Shown: positions 30,408-39,876 of the stretch, piece by piece | Layout: each line of letters begins with the position of its first letter | Position numbering within the stretch: the first letter of the stretch is position 1 | NCBI GenBank assembly: GCA_041666185.1 | Contig: JBAYHL010000001.1 | Span: 153,619-217,618, forward strand | Direction: 5' to 3' | Length of the DNA stretch: 64,000 nt | Origin: Patescibacteria group bacterium | Lineage (GTDB): Bacteria > Patescibacteriota > UBA1384 > UBA12157 > JAENIV01 | Notes under the pieces: model-generated | What the model saw: only the letters and a program-made list of their open reading frames with translations | The model's database searches: none | Told to the model about the DNA's origin: nothing | Program-made: the position numbers and the translations under genes

Positions 30408-30954
30408 CTCTCAAAACTTTTGTTTTAATTTTTTTGATAATTAGAATGCTCAAAAATCCGTAACCGACACCAAATAAAATCCCTGCCAAGATATCGGTTG
30501 GATAGTGCATACCATTATGCATTCTAGAAAATGCCATTAAAAACAAAAATAATCCTGCAAAAATATAGACAAACCATTTTCGATAAAAATAAACGTATAA
30601 GGTTAAAAGACTGGCAGTGATTGCCATATGCCCCGAAGGAAACGAAGAGTCAACCCAAAGCTCACCAGAAGAAATAATACCATTAGGATAAGCAATATAA
30701 GGACGGTCACGAAAAATAAAGCTTGCTAAAGTCGGCTTAATCACAATATCATTTAAAACAAAATAAATAATCAGAATTAAAATTGTTCCTAAAAAAATCC
30801 ATTTACCATTTTTGCGATCCCATATTAAAGCAGTCAATGCTAATAAAAGCCAAAAAGCAATCAAAAAAGGAATCCAACTAATATAGAACGAAAAATTGTC
30901 GATAATTGTTCCTGAACCAAGATGATTAAAAAAATGGGTAATATTATAATCCAT
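30400..30954 (-). CDS. PAP2 family membrane phosphatase
   Basis: K......RDRP, SFPSGH, SRMHNGMHYPTD. Confidence 0.92.
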   Translation of the reverse strand: MDYNITHFFNHLGSGTIIDNFSFYISWIPFLIAFWLLLALTALIWDRKNGKWIFLGTILILIIYFVLNDIVIKPTLASFIFRDRPYIAYPNGIISSGELWVDSSFPSGHMAITASLLTLYVYFYRKWFVYIFAGLFLFLMAFSRMHNGMHYPTDILAGILFGVGYGFLSILIIKKIKTKVLRAN

Positions 30955-30996
30955 TTCGTCGTTAAAAAACTCCTCAATATAAACTTTTTAAAAAAG

Positions 30997-31068
30997 TGGG
31001 CGGTGAAGGATTCGAACCTACGACATCTTCGATGTAAACGAAGCGCTCTACCGCTGAGCTAACCGCCC
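30997..31068 (-). tRNA. tRNA-Val(TAC)
   Basis: GGGCGGT...CTTCG-TTTACAT-CGAAG...GGTTCGAATCC. Confidence 0.94.
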
Positions 31069-31072
31069 ATTA

Positions 31073-31156
31073 TGCCGAGAACAGGACTTGAACCTGCACG
31101 GGCTTGCGCCCACATCCACCTCAAGGATGCGCGTATACCAATTCCGCCATCTCGGC
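31073..31156 (-). tRNA. tRNA-Leu(GAG)
   Basis: GCCGAGA...CATCC-TTGAGGT-GGATG, long variable arm, GGTTCAAGTCC. Confidence 0.94.
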
Positions 31157-31208
31157 TTGTACCACAATTATATGGGAAAATTCATAAAAAATCAACTTAA
31201 AAAGAAAA

Positions 31209-31240
31209 GTCCCGGTATTATAACCGGGACGTAAAAGTTA
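31209..31240 (-). terminator. purF terminator (copy 1 of a shared motif)
   Basis: TAACTTTTAC-GTCCCGGT-TATAAT-ACCGGGAC-TTTT on the minus strand. Confidence 0.7.
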
Positions 31241-31250
31241 GTTCAAGCGA

Positions 31251-32705
31251 TTATCCGATGGTTTCTAAGACACACCTACCTTGTTCCTGAGGAATTTCAA
31301 ATGGATATTCCCCTGTAAAACAGGCAGGACAAAAATGTTCGTCCGGAATAGCTTCTAGATATTTCTCTTTATTAATTGCCGAGATTACTCCTGGAAGCGA
31401 GAGATAACCTAAAGAATCAGCGCCAATTTCTTGAGCTATTTCTTCAATAGATTTGTGAGAAGCAATCAACTCAGAACTATATTGGGTATCAATCCCCATA
31501 AGACATCTGTGCCTATATGGCGGAGAAGTAATTCTCACGTGAACCTCTAAAGCCCCTGCTTCTCTTATCAGCCTAACTGTTTGCTTAGTCGTTGTCCCTC
31601 GAACAATTGAATCTTCCAAAACAACAACTTTTTTCTTAAGCACCTCTCTGGGAAGAACTTGAAGTTTAGCCCGAACACCAATTGTTCGCAAATGTTGATC
31701 TGGTTGGATAAAAGTCCGACCAACATAGCGGTTCTTAATAAAAACATCTCTGACTTCTAAACCAGATGCTTCCGCATAACCTTTAGCTGCTGGTGTACCA
31801 GTATCTGGCACGCCACCAACCACCCAATCATGAGGATTACCGATCTCTACTGGATGTTCACGAAAAAGTTCTTCTCCCATGTGTCTACGAGCAGTTTGCA
31901 ACAAACGATCATACAAAATACTGCCAGGACTAGCAAAGTAGATAAACTCGAAAATACAAAGTCTTTTAGAAATCTTGGGCAAAAGTTGGGAAACTTGATA
32001 TTTACCATTACTGAAAGTTACTATTTCGCCTGGTTGCAAATCAAAATCCCACTGCGCTCCCAAGGCATCTAAAGCACATGTTTCAGAGGCCAAAATAAAT
32101 TGGCCACCACCATTTAGAATACCCACACTCAAAGGTCTAATTCCCCAAGGATCACGAATGCCAATTAAGTTTCTACCAACAACAATCACTAATGAATAAG
32201 CCCCAACTATTTCACTTAAAGCTTTTTTGATAGCTTCTTGAAAGGTTGCTGACTTACGAGAATAATATGAAACTAAAAGAGCAATTAGCTCACTGTCAGA
32301 CGTCCCACGAGGAGTAATACCTAAACTTGAAAGTTTGCTTTTAAGACTCAAAGGATCAAGCAAATTACCATTGTGGGCTAAAGCGAATTCACCAAATTTA
32401 CTGTTAACTTTGATGGGCTGAAAATTTTGCTTAGTATTTCCACCGGTATTAGAATATCTTGTGTGACCAATGGCCACGAAAGCTGAGTGATCTCTGTCGC
32501 CAGTCAGCCGCCAAAGTTGATTTTCAGTAAACCGATCAACTCGACCTGCCTGACGTTCAAGTCTTATCTGTTTGCCACAAGAAGTAGCAATCCCTGCCGA
32601 TTCTTGGCCTCTGTGCTGTAAAGCCAAAATGCCAAAGTAAGTCAAACGAGCGACATTTTCGCCCGGTGCATGGATCCCAAAAACTCCGCACGACTCTTGA
32701 GGCAT
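31251..32705 (-). CDS. purF: amidophosphoribosyltransferase
   Basis: ESCGVFG (Ntn Cys), LQHRGQE, GHTRYS, HNGNL, CIFEFIYF, EDSIVRGTT, CPACFTG. Confidence 0.96.
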   Translation of the reverse strand: MPQESCGVFGIHAPGENVARLTYFGILALQHRGQESAGIATSCGKQIRLERQAGRVDRFTENQLWRLTGDRDHSAFVAIGHTRYSNTGGNTKQNFQPIKVNSKFGEFALAHNGNLLDPLSLKSKLSSLGITPRGTSDSELIALLVSYYSRKSATFQEAIKKALSEIVGAYSLVIVVGRNLIGIRDPWGIRPLSVGILNGGGQFILASETCALDALGAQWDFDLQPGEIVTFSNGKYQVSQLLPKISKRLCIFEFIYFASPGSILYDRLLQTARRHMGEELFREHPVEIGNPHDWVVGGVPDTGTPAAKGYAEASGLEVRDVFIKNRYVGRTFIQPDQHLRTIGVRAKLQVLPREVLKKKVVVLEDSIVRGTTTKQTVRLIREAGALEVHVRITSPPYRHRCLMGIDTQYSSELIASHKSIEEIAQEIGADSLGYLSLPGVISAINKEKYLEAIPDEHFCPACFTGEYPFEIPQEQGRCVLETIG

Positions 32706-32774
32706 GTCCTCTTCCTCCTTGAGATAAATTAAAAAAGGCGCCCTTTGACTAAAGTCTTAGGTGCTCCCTTGCTT

Positions 32775-32802
32775 AAAATACCACAAAAAACACAAATGTC
32801 AA
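32775..32802 (-). promoter_or_regulatory. putative sigma70 promoter of purF
   Basis: TTGACA-16 nt-TATTTT with extended TG on the minus strand. Confidence 0.55.
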
Positions 32803-32821
32803 TGGCGCAAATATTTTAAAA

Positions 32822-32852
32822 GCCCCGGCATAATACCAGGGCGTAAAAGTTA
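32822..32852 (-). terminator. terminator of hypothetical gene (copy 2 of the shared motif)
   Basis: TAACTTTTAC-GCCCTGGT-ATTAT-GCCGGGGC-TTTT on the minus strand. Confidence 0.65.
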
Positions 32853-32855
32853 AAG

Positions 32856-33512
32856 TTACCACGAATGTGTTTTGCAAACATGATCAACAGCGATATCAAG
32901 CATAGTTGGTGTATATTGAGAAACTTCTAAAATTGATTTTCTTACATCTTTTGAAAGAGCCTGAAAAGCCTTTCTGGCATCAATAAAACGAGTTGATCTA
33001 ATGCAGCTAACAGAACGTGACATATTTTCAGGGTAAGCTAATCCGCAAAAACAATCTGACCACCTCTTAGCAAAAGTACTTTCGCAGTAAGATCTATCTG
33101 GTGGACAATAATGTCTAGAGGGAAACAAGTCTCTTAACATAGCTAGTAAAAAAGATCTATTAAGTTTTGTTGTCTTAAAATTTTCTAAAACACTTTCAGA
33201 AAGGACTTCCCAAACAAAACATTCTAAGTTACCACCCCAATCATAATGTTCTGGACGAACAGGAATTATGTATTTTCCGCTCAAAGACGCAATAATACTA
33301 CCAGCCATAACAAAGGCTGCCCATTCACTAAGCGTTGGACATTGACGATTGCTAATCCCGTAGCAAACAAGAGACTGCTCGCAATTATAATCAAAGTCCC
33401 AATTATTATGCCTTTGGTCAAAAGTGACCGATTCTTCAAGCCAGTCCGGTAATGGCTCACGCTTAAGTTTATCGGGCAACATAAAAAAATCCAATTTGGC
33501 AAAGCTACCCAT
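32856..33512 (-). CDS. hypothetical Cys/Trp-rich protein
   Basis: ORF with AGGAGG SD before ATG 33512. No recognisable motif. Confidence 0.65.
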   Translation of the reverse strand: MGSFAKLDFFMLPDKLKREPLPDWLEESVTFDQRHNNWDFDYNCEQSLVCYGISNRQCPTLSEWAAFVMAGSIIASLSGKYIIPVRPEHYDWGGNLECFVWEVLSESVLENFKTTKLNRSFLLAMLRDLFPSRHYCPPDRSYCESTFAKRWSDCFCGLAYPENMSRSVSCIRSTRFIDARKAFQALSKDVRKSILEVSQYTPTMLDIAVDHVCKTHSW

Positions 33513-33618
33513 TACTGTCCTCCTAACCATTTTTAAAATGTACAAAAAAATCAAGTTATAAACCTGACTTCTTTCTGTGACCAAATTATATTAAATTTTA
33601 ATAATTAGCAAGAACAAA

Positions 33619-33704
33619 TGGTGGGCGGAAGAGGAGTCGAACCTCCATGATCTTGCGATCACTGACTCCTGAAGCCAGCGCGTCTACCATTCCGCCATCC
33701 GCCC
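33619..33704 (-). tRNA. tRNA-Leu(CAG)
   Basis: GGGCGGA...CTGGC-TTCAGGA-GTCAG, long variable arm, GGTTCGACTCC, CCA. Confidence 0.94.
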
Positions 33705-33715
33705 AAATTATGTTA

Positions 33716-35098
33716 TTATTTCTTTACCCTTTTGGTATTTAAATACCACGTGGAAACATTTAAGAAACGATCTGATTCAAAAGAACCGACAATTTTTTCA
33801 ATACCCTTAACATTTTTGGAAATTTGATAATAGAGAATATCTTGAGAAACTTCAAAAGCCGGAATTTCTTGATCTAGGATTTGTTGAAACTGGTTGTAAT
33901 CATCCTCCCTCTTTTTGAAATCGAATTCCTGTCGCGCTTCTTCTAACAATTTATCACCTTTAGTATTTTTAAAATTAGAAAGATTTTTACCATCTTCTTT
34001 AATTTGCGATGAATGCCAAAAAGGATAAGGATCTGGATCTTCACCGTAATCTAAACCGTAAAGCAAAACATCGTAATCGCGTTTAGGAATAGTGGTTTTT
34101 TGTAAAGTAACATTATCTTTAATATCCAAATTTACTTTTATACCATTTTTGCTCCATTTATCGGCAATGCCTTTGGCAATTTCAACATTTTTTTGATTAT
34201 CAGAAGTTACAAGTCTTAACTCCAAAGCCTTACCAGGATTGGAGTTTTCTTTTAAAGCTTTTCGCACATTAATATCTTGTAAATTTTTATTCGAAAGGTT
34301 AAAGAAAACCACAAGTTGACGAGGCAATTTTATTTCTAATTTTCTAAATCCAGAAATAGTTGGCGTATCGGCAGTTAAAGCAAAACCATCAATTTCACCA
34401 CGTTTAGCAGCTTTCAATAAACTGTCCTGGTCTGGATATAATTTAATAATTATTTTATCAATATAAGGACGATTAGCGTAATAATCATCTCGGGCAGAAA
34501 GTTCGATATCATTTTTATTTTCTTTAGTGATTCGATAAGGACCGTAAGGAAAAATAGGTTCAGTTGAAGTATAAAGAAACGGACTAAAAGGTTGCTTAAA
34601 ATTAAACTGAATAGTTGCAGGATCGGGTGTAGAGATTTCAATATCAGGCCATTGATTACTGCTAGTAATTTGGTTTGCTAAATCTTCTGAATTAAATTGA
34701 GGCTTAAGATGAAAAACATAAGATTTACCGCCATCATTAATGTCCCATTTTTCTGCCATATCACCAACAATATTTTTTTGTAAATCATATTTGGTTAAAC
34801 CAGCGTTGAGTAAACGAGCCAAATGTTTATCCAAATCTTTACTTTCGCCAACAATTCCTTCACGAAAAACTCCTCCGTTCTCAGGAATAGCTTGCGTTGA
34901 AGAAATCCAACGGTTAACACCAATGATGCCGATGAATGCTAAAATTAAAATTGAGAGTCCAAGTAGAATTATTTTTTCAAATTTATTAAAAACACGGGGT
35001 AAAAATTTCAAAGATAAAGCCGTTTTTTTGAAAGGATATGATTTTATTTGGAAAATATTTTTTTTGAGCTTTAAAAATATAGATTTTAAAAATTTCAT
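33716..35098 (-). CDS. OppA/DppA-like (family 5) substrate-binding protein
   Basis: GGVFREGIVG, GDMAEKW, GPY, DPDPYPFWHSSQ, NLSNF. Confidence 0.85.
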   Translation of the reverse strand: MKFLKSIFLKLKKNIFQIKSYPFKKTALSLKFLPRVFNKFEKIILLGLSILILAFIGIIGVNRWISSTQAIPENGGVFREGIVGESKDLDKHLARLLNAGLTKYDLQKNIVGDMAEKWDINDGGKSYVFHLKPQFNSEDLANQITSSNQWPDIEISTPDPATIQFNFKQPFSPFLYTSTEPIFPYGPYRITKENKNDIELSARDDYYANRPYIDKIIIKLYPDQDSLLKAAKRGEIDGFALTADTPTISGFRKLEIKLPRQLVVFFNLSNKNLQDINVRKALKENSNPGKALELRLVTSDNQKNVEIAKGIADKWSKNGIKVNLDIKDNVTLQKTTIPKRDYDVLLYGLDYGEDPDPYPFWHSSQIKEDGKNLSNFKNTKGDKLLEEARQEFDFKKREDDYNQFQQILDQEIPAFEVSQDILYYQISKNVKGIEKIVGSFESDRFLNVSTWYLNTKRVKK

Positions 35099-35116
35099 AA
35101 TGAGTGCTTAATTAAA

Positions 35117-35332
35117 TTAAACCAGAAGATTAACAATAGCCATAATTACAAAAAGAAGGGCTAATGTAATTGTTAGGTAAAACAAAAATTTTTCAATACC
35201 TCGTCTGGAACGATAAACTTCTCCAGCACCACCAAAAGCTCCGCCTAAAGACGTACCACGATGCTGTAAAAGAATAGAGACAATCAGCAAAACTGCTAGG
35301 ACGATTTGAATAATTAAAAGTGTTTTTTGCAT
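35117..35332 (-). CDS. secG: preprotein translocase subunit SecG
   Basis: ILLQ.RG.SLGGAFGG...RRG.EKFL with two TMs. Confidence 0.92.
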   Translation of the reverse strand: MQKTLLIIQIVLAVLLIVSILLQHRGTSLGGAFGGAGEVYRSRRGIEKFLFYLTITLALLFVIMAIVNLLV

Positions 35333-35377
35333 ATTTTTTTCTCTTTACGTTTTAGCTAATTACTTAGCCAAAACTAA

Positions 35378-35452
35378 TGGAGGCCTGGGCGAGATTTGCA
35401 CTCGCGCATATCGGTTTTGCAGACCGATGCCTTACTGCTTGGCTACCAGGCC
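35378..35452 (-). tRNA. tRNA-Cys(GCA)
   Basis: GGCCTGG...TCGGT-CTGCAAA-ACCGA...CCA. T-loop reads TGCAAAT. Confidence 0.9.
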
Positions 35453-35453
35453 A

Positions 35454-35526
35454 CCTCATTTTGCTCGGTGTAAACTTTTACTTAATACAAGTTAAAGTTT
35501 AAAAACTTGCACCGAATGAAATAAGG
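35454..35526 (-). other. hairpin filling the tRNA-Gly/tRNA-Cys spacer
   Basis: CCTTATTTCATTCGGTGCAA...TTACACCGAGCAAAATGAGG with an inner AACTTT/AAAGTT stem. Confidence 0.6.
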
Positions 35527-35601
35527 TGGAGCGGGAGACGGGAATTGAACCCGCTGCCTTCTCCTTGGCAAGGAGACGTTCTACCGATGAACTACTCCCG
35601 C
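35527..35601 (-). tRNA. tRNA-Gly(GCC)
   Basis: GCGGGAG...TCTCC-TTGCCAA-GGAGA...GGTTCAATTCC...CCA. Confidence 0.95.
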
Positions 35602-35715
35602 AAAACTTACTTAATAATACCAAAGAAGAATCCTCTTGTAAAGGCGATATTCCTTAAGTATAATGACCTTAAGAAAAAAAGTTTATATTTTATATTGAGG
35701 AGCGTTAGTAATTAA

Positions 35716-36057
35716 ATGAGCAAAAAAGATAAATCTAAATTTAGAAAACGAATTAAAGCGCAAATTTCAAAAGAAATATCACAAACACAACCAAACCCAG
35801 TTGCTCCACAAATCAAAAAATCTTCACAACCTCAAACTGCTGTTTTGTCTGATAAAATGTCTTCGACTACACCAGAAGCTTCTATTGCTACTAAAAATGA
35901 GGCCTTAGACTATACCAAAAAAGATCTCAAAAAATCAGCTATTATTATTGGTTCAATGATTATTTTACTTGTTGCTTTATCAATCGTTGACAACAAAACC
36001 GGCATTCTTTTAAGAGCGGGTAATCAAATCTTCAAAGTTCTCCATATCGGTAGTTAA
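35716..36057 (+). CDS. hypothetical protein with C-terminal TM helix
   Basis: Basic N-terminus, Q/S/T-rich linker, hydrophobic segment, GAGGAG SD. Confidence 0.7.
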   Translation: MSKKDKSKFRKRIKAQISKEISQTQPNPVAPQIKKSSQPQTAVLSDKMSSTTPEASIATKNEALDYTKKDLKKSAIIIGSMIILLVALSIVDNKTGILLRAGNQIFKVLHIGS

Positions 36058-37562
36058 TACATATTTTGTTCTTTTGGTCGATATTGTAAGGCTTCTGCAA
36101 TATGTGAAGTTTTAATATTAGGACTATTTTCTAAATCGGCAATTGTTCGAGAAACTTTCAAAACACGAGTATATTGTCGTACCGACAAATGAAATTGATT
36201 AACCGCTGAAGCTAAAAGTTTTTTTGATACTTCGTCAAGTCCGCAATATTTTTTTAATTCTCTTGCGGTCATTTCAGCATTAATTTTTTTCAATCTTTTT
36301 TGCTGAATGTTTCGTGCTTTTTCAACTCTTTTTTTAATATCCAGCGAACCTTCACCAATACTTTCGTCAGATATTTTTTCGTACTTTAGTCGAGGAACTT
36401 CAATATGAATATCGATTCTGTCAAGTAATGGCCCTGAAACTCTTTTTTGATAACGCATAATTTGTTGAGGCGTACAAATACAGGATTTAACGGTATCACC
36501 TAAATAACCACACGGACAAGGATTTTGCGCGGCAACCAGTATAAACTTAGCCGGAAACTGCAACGATCCTTGAGCACGCGATACGGTTACAATTCCATCT
36601 TCAAGTGGTTGACGTAAAGCCTCCAAAACTGATCTCGGAAATTCAGGAAACTCATCCATAAATAAAACACCGCGATGAGCTAAAGTAATTTCGCCCGGCC
36701 GTGGATAAGTCCCACCACCAACTAAAGCAACTGAGGAAGTTGTGTGATGTGGCGCCCGAAATGGACGTAAACCAACTAAAGGTTGATCGGGTGGCAAAAG
36801 TCCTGCAACTGAATAAATTTTGGTCACTTCTAAAACTTCTTCGTCGATCATTGAAGGAAGAATTGATGGCATGCTCCGCGCTAAAAGGGTTTTTCCAGCA
36901 CCAGGGCTCCCTGAAAAAATTACATTGTGACCACCAGCGGCAGCAATTTCTAAAGCCCTTTTTGCTTGTTCTTGGCCCTTGATGTAAGCAAAATCATTTT
37001 CACTTTTTTCCTGCGTCTGGATTTTAAATTTTTTGTAGTAGCGAGCCAAAGATTTTTCTTTTTTAAAATAAAAAATTAAATCTTTTAAATTAGCCACTGG
37101 CCGAATAATAATATTTTTAACAATCGCAGCTTCGTCGCGATTAATTTCCGGCAAAATAATTTCTTTAAAACTTTTTGACAGACTGCTAGCAATCGCCAAA
37201 ACACCATTAACATGACGCAAATTGCCATTAAGCGCTAGCTCACCAACAAACAAAAGATTTTGCTCTATCGGTAAAATAAGTTCCGAAGCAGCCAAAATTC
37301 CTAAAGCAATCGCCAGATCGTAAGCTGGACCTTCTTTCTTAATATCAGCCGGTGCCAAATTAACAGTAATCCGTTTCATCGGAAACTCAACACCAGAATT
37401 CCTAATCGCTGAACGAACTCGCTCTTTAGATTCCTCAATCGCTTTATCAGGTAAACCAACAATCGTAAAAGAAGGAAGTCCATTGGAAATATCAACTTCA
37501 ACCTCAACCGGATATGCATCAAGTCCGACAACTGCTGCTGAAAAAACTTTAGCTAAACCCAT
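36054..37562 (-). CDS. comM: ComM/YifB Mg-chelatase-like AAA+ ATPase
   Basis: VGLPD, NLAPAD.KKEG, GSPGAGKT, RAPHHT, NPCPCG, SGPLLDRID. Confidence 0.95.
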   Translation of the reverse strand: MGLAKVFSAAVVGLDAYPVEVEVDISNGLPSFTIVGLPDKAIEESKERVRSAIRNSGVEFPMKRITVNLAPADIKKEGPAYDLAIALGILAASELILPIEQNLLFVGELALNGNLRHVNGVLAIASSLSKSFKEIILPEINRDEAAIVKNIIIRPVANLKDLIFYFKKEKSLARYYKKFKIQTQEKSENDFAYIKGQEQAKRALEIAAAGGHNVIFSGSPGAGKTLLARSMPSILPSMIDEEVLEVTKIYSVAGLLPPDQPLVGLRPFRAPHHTTSSVALVGGGTYPRPGEITLAHRGVLFMDEFPEFPRSVLEALRQPLEDGIVTVSRAQGSLQFPAKFILVAAQNPCPCGYLGDTVKSCICTPQQIMRYQKRVSGPLLDRIDIHIEVPRLKYEKISDESIGEGSLDIKKRVEKARNIQQKRLKKINAEMTARELKKYCGLDEVSKKLLASAVNQFHLSVRQYTRVLKVSRTIADLENSPNIKTSHIAEALQYRPKEQNMY

Positions 37563-37614
37563 AAATTAGTCCTTTTATTTATCATATCATAAAAAATTTA
37601 TCTACCCAGAATCT

Positions 37615-39876
37615 TTGTCGCATAAAGAGTCTATTTTTGATATATTACATAGTAAGGAGTGGATTATCAAAAAGAATTTTTCTTATTTAATTTTTCCATC
37701 AATTATTCTATTTCTTTTAATTTACATGTCAATTACTGGTGGTATTGTTGGGTTTTCCAGTTCTTTATTAATCCTCGCTACTACCATAGTTTTTATATTT
37801 TTTGGCTGGCTAATTATTAGATTCTGGGCAAAACCAAAAAGAAAAATTACTAAATTTTTTAAATTCGTTTTATTAGGACTCTTGTGCATAATAATACTTT
37901 TCAATCTTATATATGGCGGCATCTATCTTTATCGCTTCTCATCTGATCACGGAAAAATAACTTCTGATGATAAATATTTAGTAATCATGGTTGCTGATGG
38001 AGCAAGTTTGATTCAGGCTAAAGAATTATTCATGAAAGGGTTGGACGACCAATCAAGCTACTTAACAAGCATTAATAAAGCTTTTCCAAATATTTCTAAA
38101 TATTTTATTCAAAATGGCTCTTTTACTGCTAACGGTGTATCTGTTTGGCCATCATCAAGTATTCCTGCCCATACTGGCATTGTTACTGGATCTTACCCAC
38201 GGAACACGGGCGTAATGGGACAACGTCAATTTGATCCAGTCGAAAGACGTCACACATCTTATATCGGTTTGGGAATACTTCAACACCAGGCAATTTTGTC
38301 AAAAAGTATTAAAACTTTATGTGAATATTTCCCCGAAGTAAGATCTGTTGATGTGTTGCAAATTGCCAACCGCGGCTGTTCTTTATATATCCCAGGTACA
38401 CCTCATGACGAACAAGTGATAAAAAGGACCGAACAGATTGTTAACGCAACCGATTATTTAAGTAAATATTCTAAAAAAGATGAAATTCCTAAAATTATTA
38501 TTATGACTTTACCAGACATCGATCACCAAACCCATAACAGTGCTTTAAATGACGAAAAATCTATCGATTTATATTTAAAAACAGACCAATACGTAGGTAA
38601 GATTTTTGAACTTTATAAAGAAAAGGGTATTTTTGACAAAACTCTTTTCGTTTTAGCTTCTGATCACGGTATGGGAGAAGTTAAAAACCACATTACGTTA
38701 GACAATATTGTTAACGACATGCGTTTTAATACTTTTAAATCACTTAAATGGTCTGTAATCCCAGCCTGGGGTAGCTTCGAAGCAAACTTTTATGTTGGCA
38801 CAAAAGCAAAATTTGATAATAATTATAATTCAGTTTCTCTTTGGGGAGGAAATAGTGACGGTCTCTTATATATTAAGGGTCAAGAAAAAGACAATTATGG
38901 GAAAATAATTAAAGAAAGTTGGGATATTAGAACCACTGACGAGATGTTGGAAAATTATAATGTTGGAGGCACAAATATCAATGTTATCGAAAAAATAATT
39001 GAATATTCACCAGGTATCGGATTGGTTTTAACCAATCCACAAGAAAATGTTTTCAATATCTATAGCAGCCTAGGACAAGGACAAATACTTGAAAGAAAAG
39101 ATGGAGACAAAATTGAATTTCAATATTCAGTCATCAAGGGAAATGATCCATTAGGATATACTAAAAATAATATTATTAACAATTTTATCAAAAGTAAATC
39201 TTGGCTTTCTGATCAAGAATGGCTTCAACTTACTTATCTCGAACATTATCCAGATGCCCTAAGACGAATTTCTTATTCCTTTGAAAATCAAAATTCAGCT
39301 ACTATGCACCTTGTAGCAGCTGATGGCTGGGATTTCACACCCTATTACGTAGCCAAGGATGTTTTGGTCGGAAGTCATGGAAGCCTTAACAGTCAACAAT
39401 CATTAGTCCCAATCATGTTTTACGGACCAGGTATAAAAAATAGTGAAATGCCTTACGCACGGACTGTTGATATTTTACCAACAATATTAAAATACTTCGA
39501 CATCTCCACAAGTGTCGATGGCAAACCTTTACCAATATTCTCTGATAAAAATAAAAATGAACAAACTATAGATTCTGGAATATCTTCGATACTAAATCCA
39601 AATATTCAAGATGATAAGTATTTTTACGCCTTAGAAGATATTTACGCTTCTTATGATAAAAGAATAATAAAAATCAATAAACAAAGTTCAGAAAAAGAAA
39701 TTGTTACTAATAGTATTAAAGAAAGTTTGCCGGAATTAAACGAAAAAGTTAATGTAACCTTAAGGCTTGATGGTATTGAAAATAATAATTTAATTTTAAA
39801 AAAGATATATGTTGCTGAAAATAAAGAAGGAAAAACGTATTTATTCAATATTAATGAAAGAAGGTTTTCAAAATGA
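37615..39876 (+). CDS. membrane-anchored alkaline-phosphatase-superfamily phosphodiesterase (NPP-like); start uncertain
   Basis: Three N-terminal TMs, ADG, WPSSSIPAH, DIDHQTH, SDHG, GSHG. Confidence 0.85.
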   Translation: MSHKESIFDILHSKEWIIKKNFSYLIFPSIILFLLIYMSITGGIVGFSSSLLILATTIVFIFFGWLIIRFWAKPKRKITKFFKFVLLGLLCIIILFNLIYGGIYLYRFSSDHGKITSDDKYLVIMVADGASLIQAKELFMKGLDDQSSYLTSINKAFPNISKYFIQNGSFTANGVSVWPSSSIPAHTGIVTGSYPRNTGVMGQRQFDPVERRHTSYIGLGILQHQAILSKSIKTLCEYFPEVRSVDVLQIANRGCSLYIPGTPHDEQVIKRTEQIVNATDYLSKYSKKDEIPKIIIMTLPDIDHQTHNSALNDEKSIDLYLKTDQYVGKIFELYKEKGIFDKTLFVLASDHGMGEVKNHITLDNIVNDMRFNTFKSLKWSVIPAWGSFEANFYVGTKAKFDNNYNSVSLWGGNSDGLLYIKGQEKDNYGKIIKESWDIRTTDEMLENYNVGGTNINVIEKIIEYSPGIGLVLTNPQENVFNIYSSLGQGQILERKDGDKIEFQYSVIKGNDPLGYTKNNIINNFIKSKSWLSDQEWLQLTYLEHYPDALRRISYSFENQNSATMHLVAADGWDFTPYYVAKDVLVGSHGSLNSQQSLVPIMFYGPGIKNSEMPYARTVDILPTILKYFDISTSVDGKPLPIFSDKNKNEQTIDSGISSILNPNIQDDKYFYALEDIYASYDKRIIKINKQSSEKEIVTNSIKESLPELNEKVNVTLRLDGIENNNLILKKIYVAENKEGKTYLFNINERRFSK

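Noticed and set aside
35098-35110. GAGTGCTTA resembling a CIRCE half-site
   Set aside because: There is no matching left arm, and it is not upstream of a chaperone gene.
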